In this document: piece after piece, positions 1 to 16,399 of the stretch | How positions within the stretch are numbered: the first letter of the stretch is position 1 | Layout: every line of letters starts with the position of its first letter | DNA from: the human T2T-CHM13v2.0 reference genome, Homo sapiens | DNA: 64,000 nucleotides | Reading direction: 5' to 3' (one strand) | Assembly (NCBI RefSeq): GCF_009914755.1 | Contig: NC_060932.1 | The notes under the pieces: generated by a model | Told to the model about the DNA's origin: nothing | Database searches by the model: none | What the model saw: only the letters and a program-made list of their open reading frames with translations | Program-made: the position numbers and the translations under genes

Positions 1-414
1 CTTGTTGGAAAAAGTGTTGGAAATATCATTTTTATTATTATTTCTTTTATTGTATTTCATGAGATTTAATTAAGAATACCAAATGAAATTTCATGGTATT
101 TTGCTAAATATGCTCTTTGCATTCATAATGAAATCCAAGGAATATAAACTATCTATTTATAGTAGTTTCACATCCGATTCCTATTCCTTTTTCCTACTAA
201 CTTATCAGAAGTGTTCAAGTCTCACAGAAGTAAATAAAATGAGATTAATCTGAACTCTTTAAAGGTCTGCTCAAACAAACAAGAAATAATCTGACCAACC
301 CTTGAAACTATTTTATTTATTTCCATTTTACTCTCTGGTCTTACTAAGTCTCATAATTGAAGGGCCTTTTCTACTTTTCCTTTACACAAAACTTTTATGG
401 AGACATTTTAAAAA

Positions 415-707
415 ATTGAAATGGGGTCTTGCTCTGTCACCCATCTTAGAGTGCAGTGGCACAATCGTGTCTCACTGAAGCTTCTACCGTCTGTGCTCAA
501 GCTGTCCACCCACCTCATCCTCCTGAATAGCTGGGACTACAGGTGCATGCCACCACACCTGTCTAATGTATTTTATTTTATTTTTTGTAGAGATGGGATG
601 TCACTATGTTGCCCAGTCTGGTCTTGAAATTCTGGGCTCAGTGATCCTCCTTCCTTGGCCTCCCAAAATGCCAGGATTACAGGTATGAGCCAACATGCCC
701 AGCCTGG
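415..707 (-). mobile_element. Alu SINE, old (AluJ-like)
   Basis: Reverse-strand Alu dimer (ggggtcttgctctgtcaccc...ctgggactacaggtgcatgccaccac...ggattacaggtatgagcc), heavily diverged with eroded tail; imperfect flanking repeat ggagacatt/ggaaacatt. Confidence 0.93.
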
Positions 708-2353
708 AAACATTCTTTTCTTTTCCTTTTCAATTTTCCATTCTGAAAATAGTCTTAAGGCTTTAAGAAAATTACAACTGTAGAATATATCCTGTAATTC
801 TTCAGTGGTTTGTACTTTCATTTCTTTATTTTAGTTTTGGTTTTAAAACTCCCCAGACAGTTCCAAAAATGTCAATCTTATTTAGTTTCCATGCTTTAAT
901 GATTACACAAGATCTTTATAAAGTTTGGTTTATTGACTCCACCGAGTGAAATAGTGTCTATGTTCCTGGGTGTTGATTTGGATATGTATGCCACTGCTAA
1001 ATAAGAGCAATATTTAGAATTACTTCAATCCTCCAAAGACCTTAATTTTGACAATTTTTAAGACACCGGGGACTACTACAACTTGAAAGGGTACAGAGAA
1101 CTGAATTGAGGGATCTCAAATCTACGTCTAGGCTCTAAGTAAAGAAATCAAAAGGTATGTGAAGACCACTACATTTTCACTGCCTCATATGCTTACTTTC
1201 CTAATGCAAAAAGTGGCTTTTTTTGTTTGTTTTTAAAAAGAACTTGAAACATGTGTCTTGAAAGACCTAGGCAACAAAGGAGGTCTCATCTGAGAACTTA
1301 AATGTCAGCTGCTATCTAGCAGTGATACCAAGAAAATAACAAAACCAAATCACTTGTTAGGGATGTATAAAACCTTAAGATAGTTGGAAGGATGCCAGCC
1401 TGATTCCAGCACATTAGTTAATGAGAAATAATGATGAGAAAATTTACTGGAAGCAATTGTTGAGTCAGTCACTCTGAGAAATAGATGGCGTTGTGCTGGG
1501 GATACTGTATTACCTGGAGACATACTTTCCAGGGTAGGACAATGTCAGGCTTACTGCTGAAAATCTCTCTATCAAAGCTTCTCAAAATCTATTGAAAATA
1601 TCCCCTTTTAGGTGCTCCCACATCATCATCATTGGAGCAGCACTGTCATATTGACTATCACACTGTCATGTAAGTTACCTCTTTATATAACTTATCAAAC
1701 AGTACTCTATGGTAAGGCATGAATTATGTCTGTTCTCTTCCCAATGTTTACCACAGTGTTGGATATATTAAGAAATCAGTAAACATTTTGCCTGTGCAGG
1801 AGTGAAGAAATGCAAGCACGATTGGTTATAATAGCTGAATAAGAGACATTGCCTTATTCATTTCTCCATCATTTCTTTAGCTATTCTTAAACATCATTCC
1901 AAAAAAGCCATTCAATGAAAAGTTTTCTGGGCTTCTGCCCCAGGAATTCTGTTTCAATAATTATGAGATAAAGCCTAGGAAGTTTGACTTAAAGAAATTT
2001 CAAGTTATGACCTGTTAAGTTAAATATTAATTGAATCAGCAGATAATAGATGAGGGTGACATCTTGAAACCTGTCCTTCCATATCCCTATATGCTTCTTG
2101 CAGCCATTTCTGCATTCCTGTCTGGGATTGTGGCCTCACTCCAGGCCCTCACTCTCTGACAAAGACAAGACATACGTCTCATTTTATTGATACCCATGAG
2201 CTTTGTTTCCACCACACCGTTCTCCCACAGGGAAATATCAGTTTAGTCTGGCAGAAAATAATTACTTGTGTCCTTCAGGCTGTTTTACATTCTACTCCAG
2301 ACCTTCCTTACTTTTTAACAATGGAGCTATACCTGCTACTTTCCTGCAGAGGG

Positions 2354-2365
2354 GTGTGTGTGTGT

Positions 2366-2396
<31 letters not shown>
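2354..2396. repeat. (TG)n microsatellite
   Basis: Visible TG run with one interruption. Confidence 0.97.
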
Positions 2397-2398
<2 letters not shown>

Positions 2399-2599
2399 TG
2401 GTGTTTGGGGAGAAGCTAAGAGTAGAAAATTCAGAAAGGAAAAATTAATGTCCCAAAATATTTGGACTGTGTGAAATGTGTACTTGATTAGGTTTATCTT
2501 TTTCAAGCTGGTTGCTAGAAAGCTTAAAATTATATTATGAATCACCTGCAAATAATAGTATTGATGAAATAATAACTGATAATTGTAGTATTAATATAA

Positions 2600-2815
2600 T
2601 AATGAATAGCATTTATTAAGCTCTTACTTTGTTCACATTACATTCAAAGTATTCTATGTAAAATTCAATTGAGGCAATTGAGGCAATGAAAATTGCCTAA
2701 AACTGTCCTTGGGCCTGCAGCACAGCTTGACTTTTCCTCTGCCCTCTCCTACTTTCTCATTTGTCTTTATAATAGCACCATGAGGCAAATACTACCATTG
2801 TCTCCATTTTTATAA
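2600..2815 (-). mobile_element. MIR SINE fragment, interrupted by a ~90-bp insert
   Basis: aatagcatttattaagctcttac...ctcatttgtc...catgaggcaaatactaccattgtctccattttta resembles reverse MIR core. Confidence 0.6.
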
Positions 2816-2999
2816 AATAGCATGTGCAGAACTTAAGCCATATAAATCCTGTATCCATTTAGTCATTCAAATATTAAAACCTGGTATGTCACATCCAATT
2901 ATTTAGAAAAGAGAGAAAAATACAAATCAAGGGTAAAAAAGGAGACAAAATTACAATATAGAGATTAAAAACTATAATATTATGAATGATTATATTATC

Positions 3000-3640
3000 T
3001 TCATTGGACAACTAAGATAAAATTGTATATAAATTGCCAAAATTGGTCATGTATGTAAATGTAGACTCTAAAAGTATAAAACACCTAAATGTAAAGGTAA
3101 TAAAATAAAACAAGAAAATAAAGCAACATTTTTGTGACTTTGAGGTAGAAAAAACTGCAAAATTACAATTAGTATAGTCAGACATTGATGAACTAGTCTA
3201 TACTAAGATTAAATATTTCTAAAGATCATAAACCAACTGAAGAGATAGGTGACCAGTTGAGAAAAAATAATTGCAACATCTGAAAATGACAAGAGGTTAA
3301 TTTCTAAGAAAAGAAAAGAAATAAAACTGGATAGAAAAGCGGCTAATAGAGGTGAACAGGCAACTCACAGAGGGGAACCCCCAAAGGCTAACAGCTGCAT
3401 AGATATTAAATTCAATAGTGATAAAAGTAATAAAAATTGCCCTTTAGTCAATGGAAGAACTATAATCAGAAAGGCAGGTTATTACCTAACATCACTTAAG
3501 GTTGATGTGGTGAGGAGTTGGAACTCTCCTAGATGCCTCTGCAAATATAAATATTTGAGACCATCTGAAAGAAATCTAATAGTATTTGCCAAAATTAAAG
3601 CATATGCCCAGCAATTGTACTCCTGAGTAATATAGAATTG
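3000..3640 (+). mobile_element. Ancient L1 (L1M-type) ORF2 3' region fragment
   Basis: A-rich strand with degenerate L1 motifs (gaacaggcaactcacagaggggaac, catatgcccagcaattgtactcctgagta). Confidence 0.6.
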
Positions 3641-3724
3641 AAGGTAACTTTCATAACTGCAAATGCGGTAAACAGAGTGATTTGCCTAATAGATTTTCTT
3701 TCAATGAAATATTTATGGTACTAG

Positions 3725-4075
3725 GTACTGGGGATGCTGTCAGTGGACAGCCTTTAGTCTGAGCCCCTTCAGGGCACTCCAAGAGAAGTTTCGGCTGAAA
3801 AGAAGCTACTAGCCCAAGCCCTTCTATGACATCCCACATCCAATGGCTGATACAGATAGATGAAGCTCTGGTGATCTCTGTCTAGTTCAGAAAATGTCTG
3901 AAGGCCATTGTAGCTCTAGCGTTTCCCACGGAGTTGCTAAGACTGTGATTGGGTCTGCATCGCAGCTTGATTTTCCCTCTGCTGCCCCCCACTTCCTTCC
4001 TCTCATTCTATAATAAGCCACTAGCATGCTAAACTCCATGTTAGAGCATACTTCAGGGAAACCCAAGCTATCTAA
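3725..4075 (+). mobile_element. LTR16-family ERVL LTR (5' LTR of a degraded provirus)
   Basis: LTR16-like motifs (ctgcatcgcagcttgattttccctctgc; ctaaactccatgttagagcatacttcagggaaaccc). Confidence 0.65.
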
Positions 4076-5250
<1,175 letters not shown>

Positions 5251-5450
5251 TGTACTGGACACTGTGATATGACACCCAATCTTTCTCAAGGAAGGACTTG
5301 AATCCACTGTTGGGAGTGCTCTCTGCCAACAGCCATCAGGTGTCAGCCTCTTCAGAGATTTCCAGTTCACACCCCTTCCTGGGACGGCCCACCTTTAATG
5401 AATTATAGATATGAAAGTATCAAACTCTGATCATGTTGTCTCAAGGAAAG
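5251..5450 (+). mobile_element. LTR16-family LTR, 5' part (3' LTR of provirus)
   Basis: Starts tgtactggacactgtgatatgacaccc and resembles the 3725-3900 region (tgtcagcctcttcagag, accccttcctgggacggcccac). Confidence 0.55.
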
Positions 5451-5663
5451 ATGTTTTACCTCAATATAGGAGAGACTTGAACATGTTTAAATATTCATAA
5501 AAGAAGCCAGTAGATGTGGAAATTTCTTCAAAAAAAAAAAAAAAAGCAAGAGAAAGCAAGGGGCTGTGAATTCAGAACATAGGTAACATTATGAAAAAGG
5601 GTCATGTCTGACTAATACTATATAAGAACTCAAACATACTATTTTCTTAAATAGTATTACCAG

Positions 5664-5841
5664 CGCCAGGTGCAGTGACTCACACCTGTAATCCCGGCAC
5701 TTCCAGAGGCCAAGACGGGAGCAGTGCTTGAGGCCAGGAGTTGGAGGCAGCAGTGAGCTGTGATTGCACCACTGCACTTCAGCCTGGGCAACAGAGTGAG
5801 ACTCTCTCTAAAGGAAAAAAGAAAGAAAGAAAGAAAAAAAA
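5664..5841 (+). mobile_element. Alu monomer (FRAM-like)
   Basis: Single arm gccaggtgcagtgactcacacctgtaatcc...gcagtgagctgtgattgcaccactgcac plus A-rich tail; flanking attacca repeats. Confidence 0.88.
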
Positions 5842-8471
5842 ACATTACCATTATCTTTATTAAATTTCTAAAATCGGATCTGCAGTCTGCAATATGTTAT
5901 AATGATTACATTTGAATCCTTTTATGTTGTCTTTATTTGAATTTTCTACACATCATAGCAATTTGATATTGTCATTACATTGTCAATATGATAAGTATTA
6001 CCCTGAAATTCAAGTATTTGCAACATAATACATAACTGAAACTGTGCTTGTGTTTTTCTTTTAAAAAAATTTTTTCCCTGTGAATTTTGACTGAATTGGG
6101 CCATGATTGCTGGCAAAAACGTTGCATTGGGCTTCATACCAAATACTGTGTCTTTATGTAGAAATAAAACAAAACTTTTTATATCTGGATCACTGGGGAA
6201 TGAGGCTGATTTGGATATATGGGAATCCTGAATGCCTGGCTCTCTTCTCAGCCATGTGGCCACTTGTTCTCCTCCCTTCTGGTTAGCCTCGTCTCTGCTT
6301 TGGGAACTGATCCCACCACTGTTTCATGCCAGTTCCTCCTTGGATCCAGCTGGCCCTAACTCTGCTGCTGGCTCTGGCTGTTCAATGCTTTCATGCCAGA
6401 CCAAGTATTCTCTTTCCAACATGCCTGGCCCCATCTTTGTTTCTGATTTCAGGCCAGACTCAAATTCATGCAGATAGACTGGAAATTTGGGTGTGGATTA
6501 ATGGGGTGGGCATAGATACTTAGGGGTTAACCTATAATCTGTCAACTTTTGTAACACATTGATCATCAAACAGAGAATATTCTATGAAATAGAAATTCTT
6601 TCTTGTCATTCTTCTCTCTTCACTATACTTCCATTTCCCACTGCCTGGAAAATCTGGGTGGGAGTAGTCCTGGGCATTTTTTGAACTAGTCTGATGCCAT
6701 ATAACATCCCCACCACTCTAACATATTTTGTTGAAATTTAAATTTATCACAATGTGTCAGTCACTAGCCATTTTTGAGAGTAGCTACAGTAAACTGAGAG
6801 TTCTCTGAATCCTAAGGCATTCCCAAGCCAAGTAAGAATGTTGATAAGCAATGCAGAAGGAGTCTCTATATCATCTGTTCTTTGGGGAGTCTTAGTCTCT
6901 AACATCCAGCAGATAATTAGGCAACTTGTTTGAAATATAAAGCAAAGTAGCAACTGCAATAACTCCCAAATGCACCTCTTTTTATTCTGCCAGTATTGCA
7001 AGTATTTAATAAAAATAAGTTTAGAGATAACTAGGGAAGTACTTTAACAGAATATAATGACCATGCTAATGTAGTTGTTATTTTAGTTTAGTATTTACAT
7101 ATATAAATATGTTCTTCCTCTTTATTACATAGATCTAACTTAAGAAACATAATGCATATGTAAATTAAATCAAATTATTCTATTTAAAGATTACCATAAT
7201 GATTTATAAAAGCAGTTGTTTCAGATCCTATGGAGACTAAAATAGGTTAAATGTAGCTGAATATAACACTTTGTGAAATGAGACTATTTTTCGCCTTCCT
7301 TAAAGCCAGGTTAAAAAAAAAAAGGCCAGAATTTTTACCATCTGTTTCTAAATTGCACAGATGGTTGCAAATTTAAGTCTGTTGTAAAAGTACATTGCTT
7401 ACTGTGCTGTTCACAGTGTTCTTTGATAAGTGTCAAATAAATCAATTGACAGTTAATAGTAGCACTAACTTCAGCTACCTAGAAGTCGTATTGGAACCCA
7501 CTGGCCCATGAAATATTTTTTTTTTCTGAGATAACTCCCTAATATTTCTTTCTCAGCTAGTGTTTTTTTTTCTAGATCAATTCAGATATTTTTCTAGATT
7601 TCCTAGAAAATTTGGAGTCAAATTTCCATGTCCCATACTCAAATTAAGTGTGTGCACTATGAAAATGGTGATAGCATATGATTGAATAGTGTGACATGGA
7701 ATTTAAATATATTTGAGTAACTACAATTGTTTGCTATGAGAAATAATACTTTTAATAATTGTTATGAAATTAAAAATATGAATTAGTCTATCCCAATTTG
7801 GCAATACACAGCTTTTTTCGTGAGTCTGTTGGTTTGGTTTTGTTTGGCAGTGGTAGTTGGAGGAGAAAATTACCTGTCCTGCAACTAGGTTGTAAAGAAA
7901 AATGTCAGAAACCAAATTCTTGCCGCCCCCCTTCTCTCTCTCTGTTTCTCTTGTCCTTGGAAACCTTGGAAAACACTTTATCTCAAAGTTTTACCTGAGG
8001 AAAATTTAACAGCATTCCAGTTTGGGGCTTAGTTTAACTTCTGTTTGAATCAGGAGACCTTGGATTTTTAAAAATAGTCAGAGGACATGTAATCATTTAT
8101 GCTTTAAGTATATAGATCGCTGTCCCTAAATATAGAGGCTATTGGGCTTAACAGTCTCTTACATTCATTCATGCAAAGAGTAGTCTTCTGATCGTTTATC
8201 CAGACCATATTTCTTGAATATTACTCATTATTTCACCAATAACACAATTTGAATATATTAATGAACAGACATTAATTTTATCCATAAAAATCTATTTCTA
8301 ACATTCATTTCGATTATAGCAGAGCCTCTGGCAGGAGTAGCCAGTTGGGAGAGTTTCCTTTCTCGTTCTAATGCTGCTTCACTACCCCTGGAGTGTAATT
8401 CTGATTAAAGTAACTCACTGCAGCAGGAGTGTAACAGAAACCACACATATATACAGCCCAGGCTCTGGTGA

Positions 8472-8871
<400 letters not shown>

Positions 8872-8977
8872 TACTGGAATCTTAATTTTCCTCAATTTCT
8901 CTTTTATTTCTCCTTGCTTGTATAAAAAATGATGGAAAATTGAATTATTTATTTATTCATTCATTTATTTTTCTTAT

Positions 8978-9048
8978 ATTTTTTTATTATACTTTAAGTT
9001 CTAGGGTATATGTGGACAACGTGTAGGTTTGTTACATACGTATACATG
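8978..9048 (-). mobile_element. Short L1PA 3' tail
   Basis: ttattatactttaagttctagggtatatgtggacaacgtgtaggtttgttacatacgtatacatg is the reverse L1PA 3' end. Confidence 0.8.
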
Positions 9049-9057
9049 CATTCTCAA

Positions 9058-9612
9058 TTTTTTAATTTTTTCAGGTACATAGTAGGTATATGTATTTATA
9101 GGGTACATGAGATGTTTTGATACAGGCCAGGCATGCAATGCATGATAATAATAATTACATCATGAAAAATGGAGTATCTATTCCCTCAAGCATTTATCCT
9201 TTGTGTTACACACAATCCAATTATACTCTTTTAGTTATTTTAGAATGTACACTTAAAATATTATTGACTATAGTAACCCTGTTGTGCTATCAAATACCAG
9301 GTCTTATTCATTCTTACTAATTTTTTTTCGTAGCCATTAACCATCCCCATCTCTCCCCCAACCTCCTCACTACCCTTCCCAACATCTGGTAACCTTCCTT
9401 CTGCTCTGTATCTCCATGCGTTCATTTTGTTTTATTTTTACATCTCACAAATAAAGGAGAACTTCTAATGTTTGTCTTTCTGTGCCTGCCTCATTTCACG
9501 TAACATAGTGACCTCTAGTTTCATCCAAGTTGTTGCAAATGACAGGATTGCATTCTTTTTTTATGGTTGAATAGTACTCTATTGTGTGTAAATATCATTC
9601 ATTTCCTTTACC
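9058..9612 (-). mobile_element. L1MA 3' end
   Basis: ggtacatagtaggtatatgtatttatagggtacatgagatgttttgatacaggc and downstream L1MA 3'UTR motifs. Confidence 0.85.
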
Positions 9613-9614
9613 CA

Positions 9615-9775
9615 ATAACTTTTATTTTGAGTTCAGTTGTACATGTGCAGGTTTGTTGCATAGGTAAACTTGGGTCATGGAGGTTTGTTGTACAGATTGT
9701 TTCATCAATCAGGTATTAATTCTAGTACCCATTAGTTATTTTTCCTGATCCTTTCCCTCCTCCTACAGTCCGCAC
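9615..9775 (-). mobile_element. Older L1PA (about L1PA13-16) extreme 3' end; non-inverted part of a 5'-inverted L1
   Basis: gtacatgtgcaggtttgtt...agtacccattagttatttttcctgatcc. Confidence 0.85.
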
Positions 9776-10570
9776 TAAACTAAAGGGCTCCTACACAGCA
9801 AAAGAAACTATCAAAAGAGTAAACAGAAAACCTACAGAATGGGAGAAAGTTTTTGCAAACTATGCGTCCTACAAAGGTCTAATATCCAGCTTCTATAAGG
9901 AGCTCAAACAAATTTACAAGAGATAAAACAATCCTATTAAAAAGTGGGCAAAGGACATGAGCAGACACTTCAAAGAAGGCATACATGCAGCCAACAATCA
10001 TATTTAAAAAAAAGCTCAACATCACTGATCATTAGAAAAATGCAAATCAAAACCACAATGAGATACTATCTCATACCAATCAGAATGGCGATTATTAAAA
10101 AGTCAAAAAAAAAAAAAACATGCTGGCAAGTTTGTGGAGAAAAAAGAACGCTTATACACTGTTGCTGGGAGTGTAAACTAATTCAACCATTGTGGAAGAC
10201 AGTGTGGCGGTTCCTCAAAGACCTAAAGACAGAAATACTCTTTAACCTGGCAATCCTATTACTGGGTATATACCCAAAAGAATATAAATCATTCTAACAC
10301 ATGAATGTGTATGTTCATTGCAAATAGCAAAGACAGGATCAACCTAAATGCCCATCAATGATAGATAGACTGGATAAAGAAAATGTGGTACATATATACC
10401 ATCAAATAATTTGCAGTCATAAAAAATAATGAGATCATGTCTTTTGCAGGGGCATGGATGGAACTGGAGGTCCTTAACCTTATCAAAGTAACACAGGAAC
10501 AGAAAACCAAACACCCCATGTTCTCACTTATAAGTGGGGTTAAATGATGAGAACACACGGACACATAGAA
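9776..10570 (+). mobile_element. L1PA ORF2 C-terminus/3'UTR, inverted segment
   Basis: ORF 9944-10297 gives L1 ORF2p-like [21 protein letters not shown]...PLWKTVWRFLKDL; ends at gagaacacacggacacatag. Confidence 0.92.
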
Positions 10571-10999
10571 TAATTGGAAATTTTCAACTAACCCTTGCAA
10601 ACTTTTAGCCCCCAAATTGGTCCATTCCTCTTCCTAATTCCAAAACAATTAATAGCAGTATAAGTGTTGATATCCCACAACATACCTTATGAATAAAACA
10701 TCTTCTGTTTCCCCATGCCTTCTGAGAATTTGAACAGGGAACAGTTCTTGAAATAAAAGTGAACTTTAATCTTCCTCTATCTGTGTCATAAAATCCTGAA
10801 TCATCTTGCTCCTCATTAGAACACACATCATTATTTCATCTTTGTGAAATTATTAATAAATGATTGAGATAATGGGTGTTTAATTTATTTATCTCTTTTC
10901 CTATTGCTGAACATTTTCTGGATTTTTAGTGACCACTGGACAAATTACTATATTCAAGTATAAAGAAACAGATATGCTGCTTTTGAATACTTTATAATT

Positions 11000-11255
11000 T
11001 ATTCATTAATGAAGACTTACATAGTGCTTACTACATGTTGATGACTGTTCTAAGATTCTTACAATTAGTAACCAACGTAATTCTGATAATCATCCTATGA
11101 GATAGATATTATTTTTATTTCAAATATGAGTAAACTGAGGCAGAGATTAAACTAAGGATTTTGGTCAAGACTACACAGCTAGTAAGCAGCAGAGCTGCAG
11201 TTCAAAGCAGAATAATATGATTTCAGTGAATGCGCTCTTCATGAATATATTATAT
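11000..11255 (-). mobile_element. MIR SINE
   Basis: atgagtaaactgaggcagag...ggtcaagactacacagctagtaagcagcagagctg. Confidence 0.7.
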
Positions 11256-12152
11256 TACTTCTACCACATCCAATTGGGCATAAACAGCAAGATTGGAGTG
11301 CTGTTGAAAATAAACTTATTTTTAAAAAATTAACCATTCAGTCAGTTACAGGTTATATTTTTAAAGGCTTTTTTCTTATGAAAATGAAAGTTAAATAGAA
11401 ATGGACCTTACAGTCCATTTTGCAGAATCTAATCAAATCTTATTTTTCAAGGATCAAAGACAATTTCTTCTCTAAGTGATCACTAAAAAATGCATGCACA
11501 TTGCAATTTGTACTGAAGTACTGGGAAAGCTAAGATAATCGAAGTTTACTTAAGAATAAATGAAGTGACTTCTGTAGAGAACAAAGTTGTGGAGTTTTAA
11601 ATGGACCTAAACAAAGGTATTTTTTTAAAATCTTCAGAACTAAATAGGCCTGGGTATTTTTTCATGATTTAAGGCCAAAGAGTGATTGGTAATAAGGGCC
11701 GATATTTGGATAATTCCCAAATCAGGCCAGTGAACGCTTGGGACATAGAACTCCACTGAATTTGATTACAAAATCAAAAAACATTTCTATAAATATGTTT
11801 ATGTATTTTTATATGTGTGTGTATGAAAATTTTAAAACAAATAAATGTGGCCATAATATGCATATTATTTTGTAACCTGATGTTTACCAGATCATCTCTC
11901 TCATTAATACTTCTTCAAAAACATAATTTTGATGCCTTGGTGGTGATCATTTCCGATACATCGTTGTTTATCAACAAAACCTCTTGTTAGGTATTATTTC
12001 ATAACTTTCCATTATTCATAATATGGCAATGACTATCATAATAGCTAAATTTTTTTTATAATTTTTTAATCTTTAAGATAATTTGCTATATCTGTTTTTT
12101 AAGAAATTCTGTTGCTGGTTGGTAGGGATGGCTAAACTGATCTTTAAAAAAT

Positions 12153-12702
<550 letters not shown>

Positions 12703-13124
12703 TAAAAGATTTTATTGATTTACATTATTTCCAGCTGAGTATGTGAATGTCCATTTCTTCAAATTATTGAAATTTCAATAAACCTGTGCCAATTCTGGGT
12801 ATTAGTGTTCTTTTTACATCTTTGATAATTGTACAAAGGAAAAATGATATCTCAGCAATAATTTATTTTTTGTATCTATATACCAGTGACATTTTGCATT
12901 GTTATTTATTCTTATGAGCCAATTGTTTTTCCTCTTTGGTGGTTTATCTGCTTTTTTAACCCAACACAACTCTTTTTTTCTATTAGTTTAGTGAATACAT
13001 TTTTTTCTCTGACTGCAAAGAACTCATTTTATATTAAGGGCATAAAATCTTTGGAATGTTTTGCAATGTTTTTTTGAATGCCTCTAGTTATTTTTGGTGC
13101 TTTTCTGATTTAATAGGCAGTACA

Positions 13125-13425
13125 AACGAAAACCCCTGGGATAGATGTGTAGTAGAGTTCAGAATTTTTCTGACTTTAAAAGACAGTACTATGTGTATAC
13201 CACATATTTTTAAACACACTGCTGAGGTCTGGGGAAACATCCTATAATCTAACATTGAGGTTTCTTCAGAAAAAATAACTGAAATTTGCAGTATGTGGGA
13301 GAATAACCTTATATTAGTTCGGGACAGCATTTGTTGCCTCAGTTTAAGAGAATTCAGGTTTTGCTGCCAGATGAGTTGTAAAAAAAACTCATTTTTAGAA
13401 ATTTTTGAATTATAGAATTCTGTCC
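13125..13425 (-). mobile_element. MER46C-like TcMar-Tigger DNA transposon relic
   Basis: agatgtgt...ttcagaatttttctgacttt; tcaggttttgctgccagatgagttgtaaaaaaaact match the recalled reverse MER46C consensus. Confidence 0.65.
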
Positions 13426-14943
13426 TAGGGGTTAAATATAAAAAGTCTTCTGTACTGTGTTCATGTGAATAGCCTCCTATGTTTTTATTTTATTGCTTTG
13501 TAGTTTCCTTTTGTCCATTTTTATTGCTTGTCATGGTTTCAAGTTGTACAATGGTTTATTACTCATAATTTATTGTAGTCTGTTGTGTGAAACAGCTCTA
13601 GTTTTATTTTTGTCACAACTTCATTTATTTTTGCTGTATTTTAACTGATTTGAAATGGTTCTTTTATTATGTATAATCATATATAATTAGATCATGTATA
13701 AATCATAGATAATTATATTTTATGTCAAATATTTTATTATATATTGTATATGTAATGATATAATACATATATATCTACATATATACCTATGGGTTTCCAT
13801 TTTTTTTTCCATTGCTTTGTCAGTCTGTTTCTGACACAGTAGCAGAATATGTTAATTATTTGTTTTCTTTCTTTTTTTCTTCCTCCTTTCCTCTTGTTTT
13901 CTTTCCGTCTTTTTTCTTTTTTCTTCAAAAGAGCATAGTTTTTCTTTTTTTTGACAGAGATAACTTTGGAGGCAGAGAAAGTTGAATTTAAAAGCAGCAC
14001 TAATTATAGCTGGATAATATCAGAAAATAACAAAAACTTAAACTGTCTTAGTCTTAATTGCATCATCTGTAAAATACCTGCCTCATAGGGTTGTCTTTGA
14101 CTAAGAAGTATTGCTATATAATTACTGTTTTGTCCAGAGTAATTATAAAATTTTTTAAAAACCCACAGGTATTTACACCAAGTATGTGGAATAATTTAAG
14201 AGAAGCTAATATTTTACAACTGTTTTTTCACCAAGCAATACATTGTATCCCTTCATTTGTTTAAAAAATACATATATAGCTCAAGGAAAAGTTTATCAGC
14301 TTTTTATATTGGTTTTGCACATTTCTAATTCAATCAGCACATAGACACTTTTTGCTTGCTATTACAAATAAGTTGAATGTATAGTTTTATGTGAAACTCT
14401 TCAATTAGATATAGAATTATATATTTTAAATATTTTAAATAGTTTAAAATGTGTTTCTGGGATGAAGTTACACTTTTTCAGGAATATACTTTCAGACTCA
14501 TAGATGTCATGTAGAGTTCTGAGCAAATGTTATGTAGATCCTCTGAAATTGTGGATATCACTCATTTTCCTCAGTAGCCATTTTCATTGGCTCAAGAATT
14601 CTCAATAAGTTGTCTCACTATTCCATCAACTTTTATATTCTCAGGAGAGACTTAGCATACAAATACGTATTAATTTCCTTTAGTTAAAGTAACTATTCTG
14701 TGAACCAAGGAACAGGAGTGTTCAAAAGAAAAAAAAATGACATTTTGATATAATGAAAATTTCTATTTTTGAATGAATATCAACATTTTATTTTGATAGA
14801 CTTATTTATAAGGTCTCCAAATATAACAAAAACTCTCATTACAAATATACATATTATAATAATGATACACTAAATTGACTGTGAAGCTGTTATTTCGACT
14901 GTCTTTTCTTATATGCAGATAAAATTATAGAATAAACATACCT

Positions 14944-15285
<342 letters not shown>

Positions 15286-15932
15286 TCACTGAGATGCAAA
15301 AGAACAACAGTCTTGCTACCCCTAATGTTTTTCTGTAAGCGTTTATTAGATATTAGCCTAAAACATGTTTTCCTCCTGTGTGCCCTGAGATTGGTTGATT
15401 TATTATTACAAAGTATGTCTGACAGGGTTGCCAAAGTGTATGCAGAGCTATATGTCATAAAAAATTTGTATCATGATGTTAAAAGTCATTTGAGAATCCC
15501 ATTAAATGAAATAACTTCAATCATCCACAATAACTTTGAATTAATTATTGATAAATCTAATCAGTAGTCTGAAATTGCTCACATTTAATATTAATCAGAA
15601 AAGCAGATGAGTTCCTAGCATGGTGACAAATTCTTTGTTCCTCCAAGTATCTTTATAGTGTTATTATTCACATGCTCCTGAGTTTGGGAAAATTTTATCT
15701 GTGCTAAAACAGGGAAGATTAGATCCTTCAAAGAAATGGCTTCATTGGCTTAGGTTCTACTCTTAAAATTGGTGTATCTAATATTAAATTAACTCACTTA
15801 AAATGATGTAACTTCAGTGTTTTTGTTTCTTTGTTTTAATGTAGTTATATTATTATATATAATTTTGTGTTTATGTTTTAATATTCACCTACAACTATAC
15901 TCAGTAGTCACATACTACAAAAATTATCTTAA

Positions 15933-16348
<416 letters not shown>

Positions 16349-16399
16349 TTATATTCTCCTGAATTATATTCTCCACCCTTCCAATCAGAGTTAATCATC

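Noticed and set aside
5946-6523. Overlapping ORFs, one with a signal-peptide-like hydrophobic stretch
   Set aside because: Short, no homology recognised; the region looks like a degraded LTR-type repeat that I could not assign
9944-10297. 117-aa ORF
   Set aside because: Degenerate L1 ORF2p fragment
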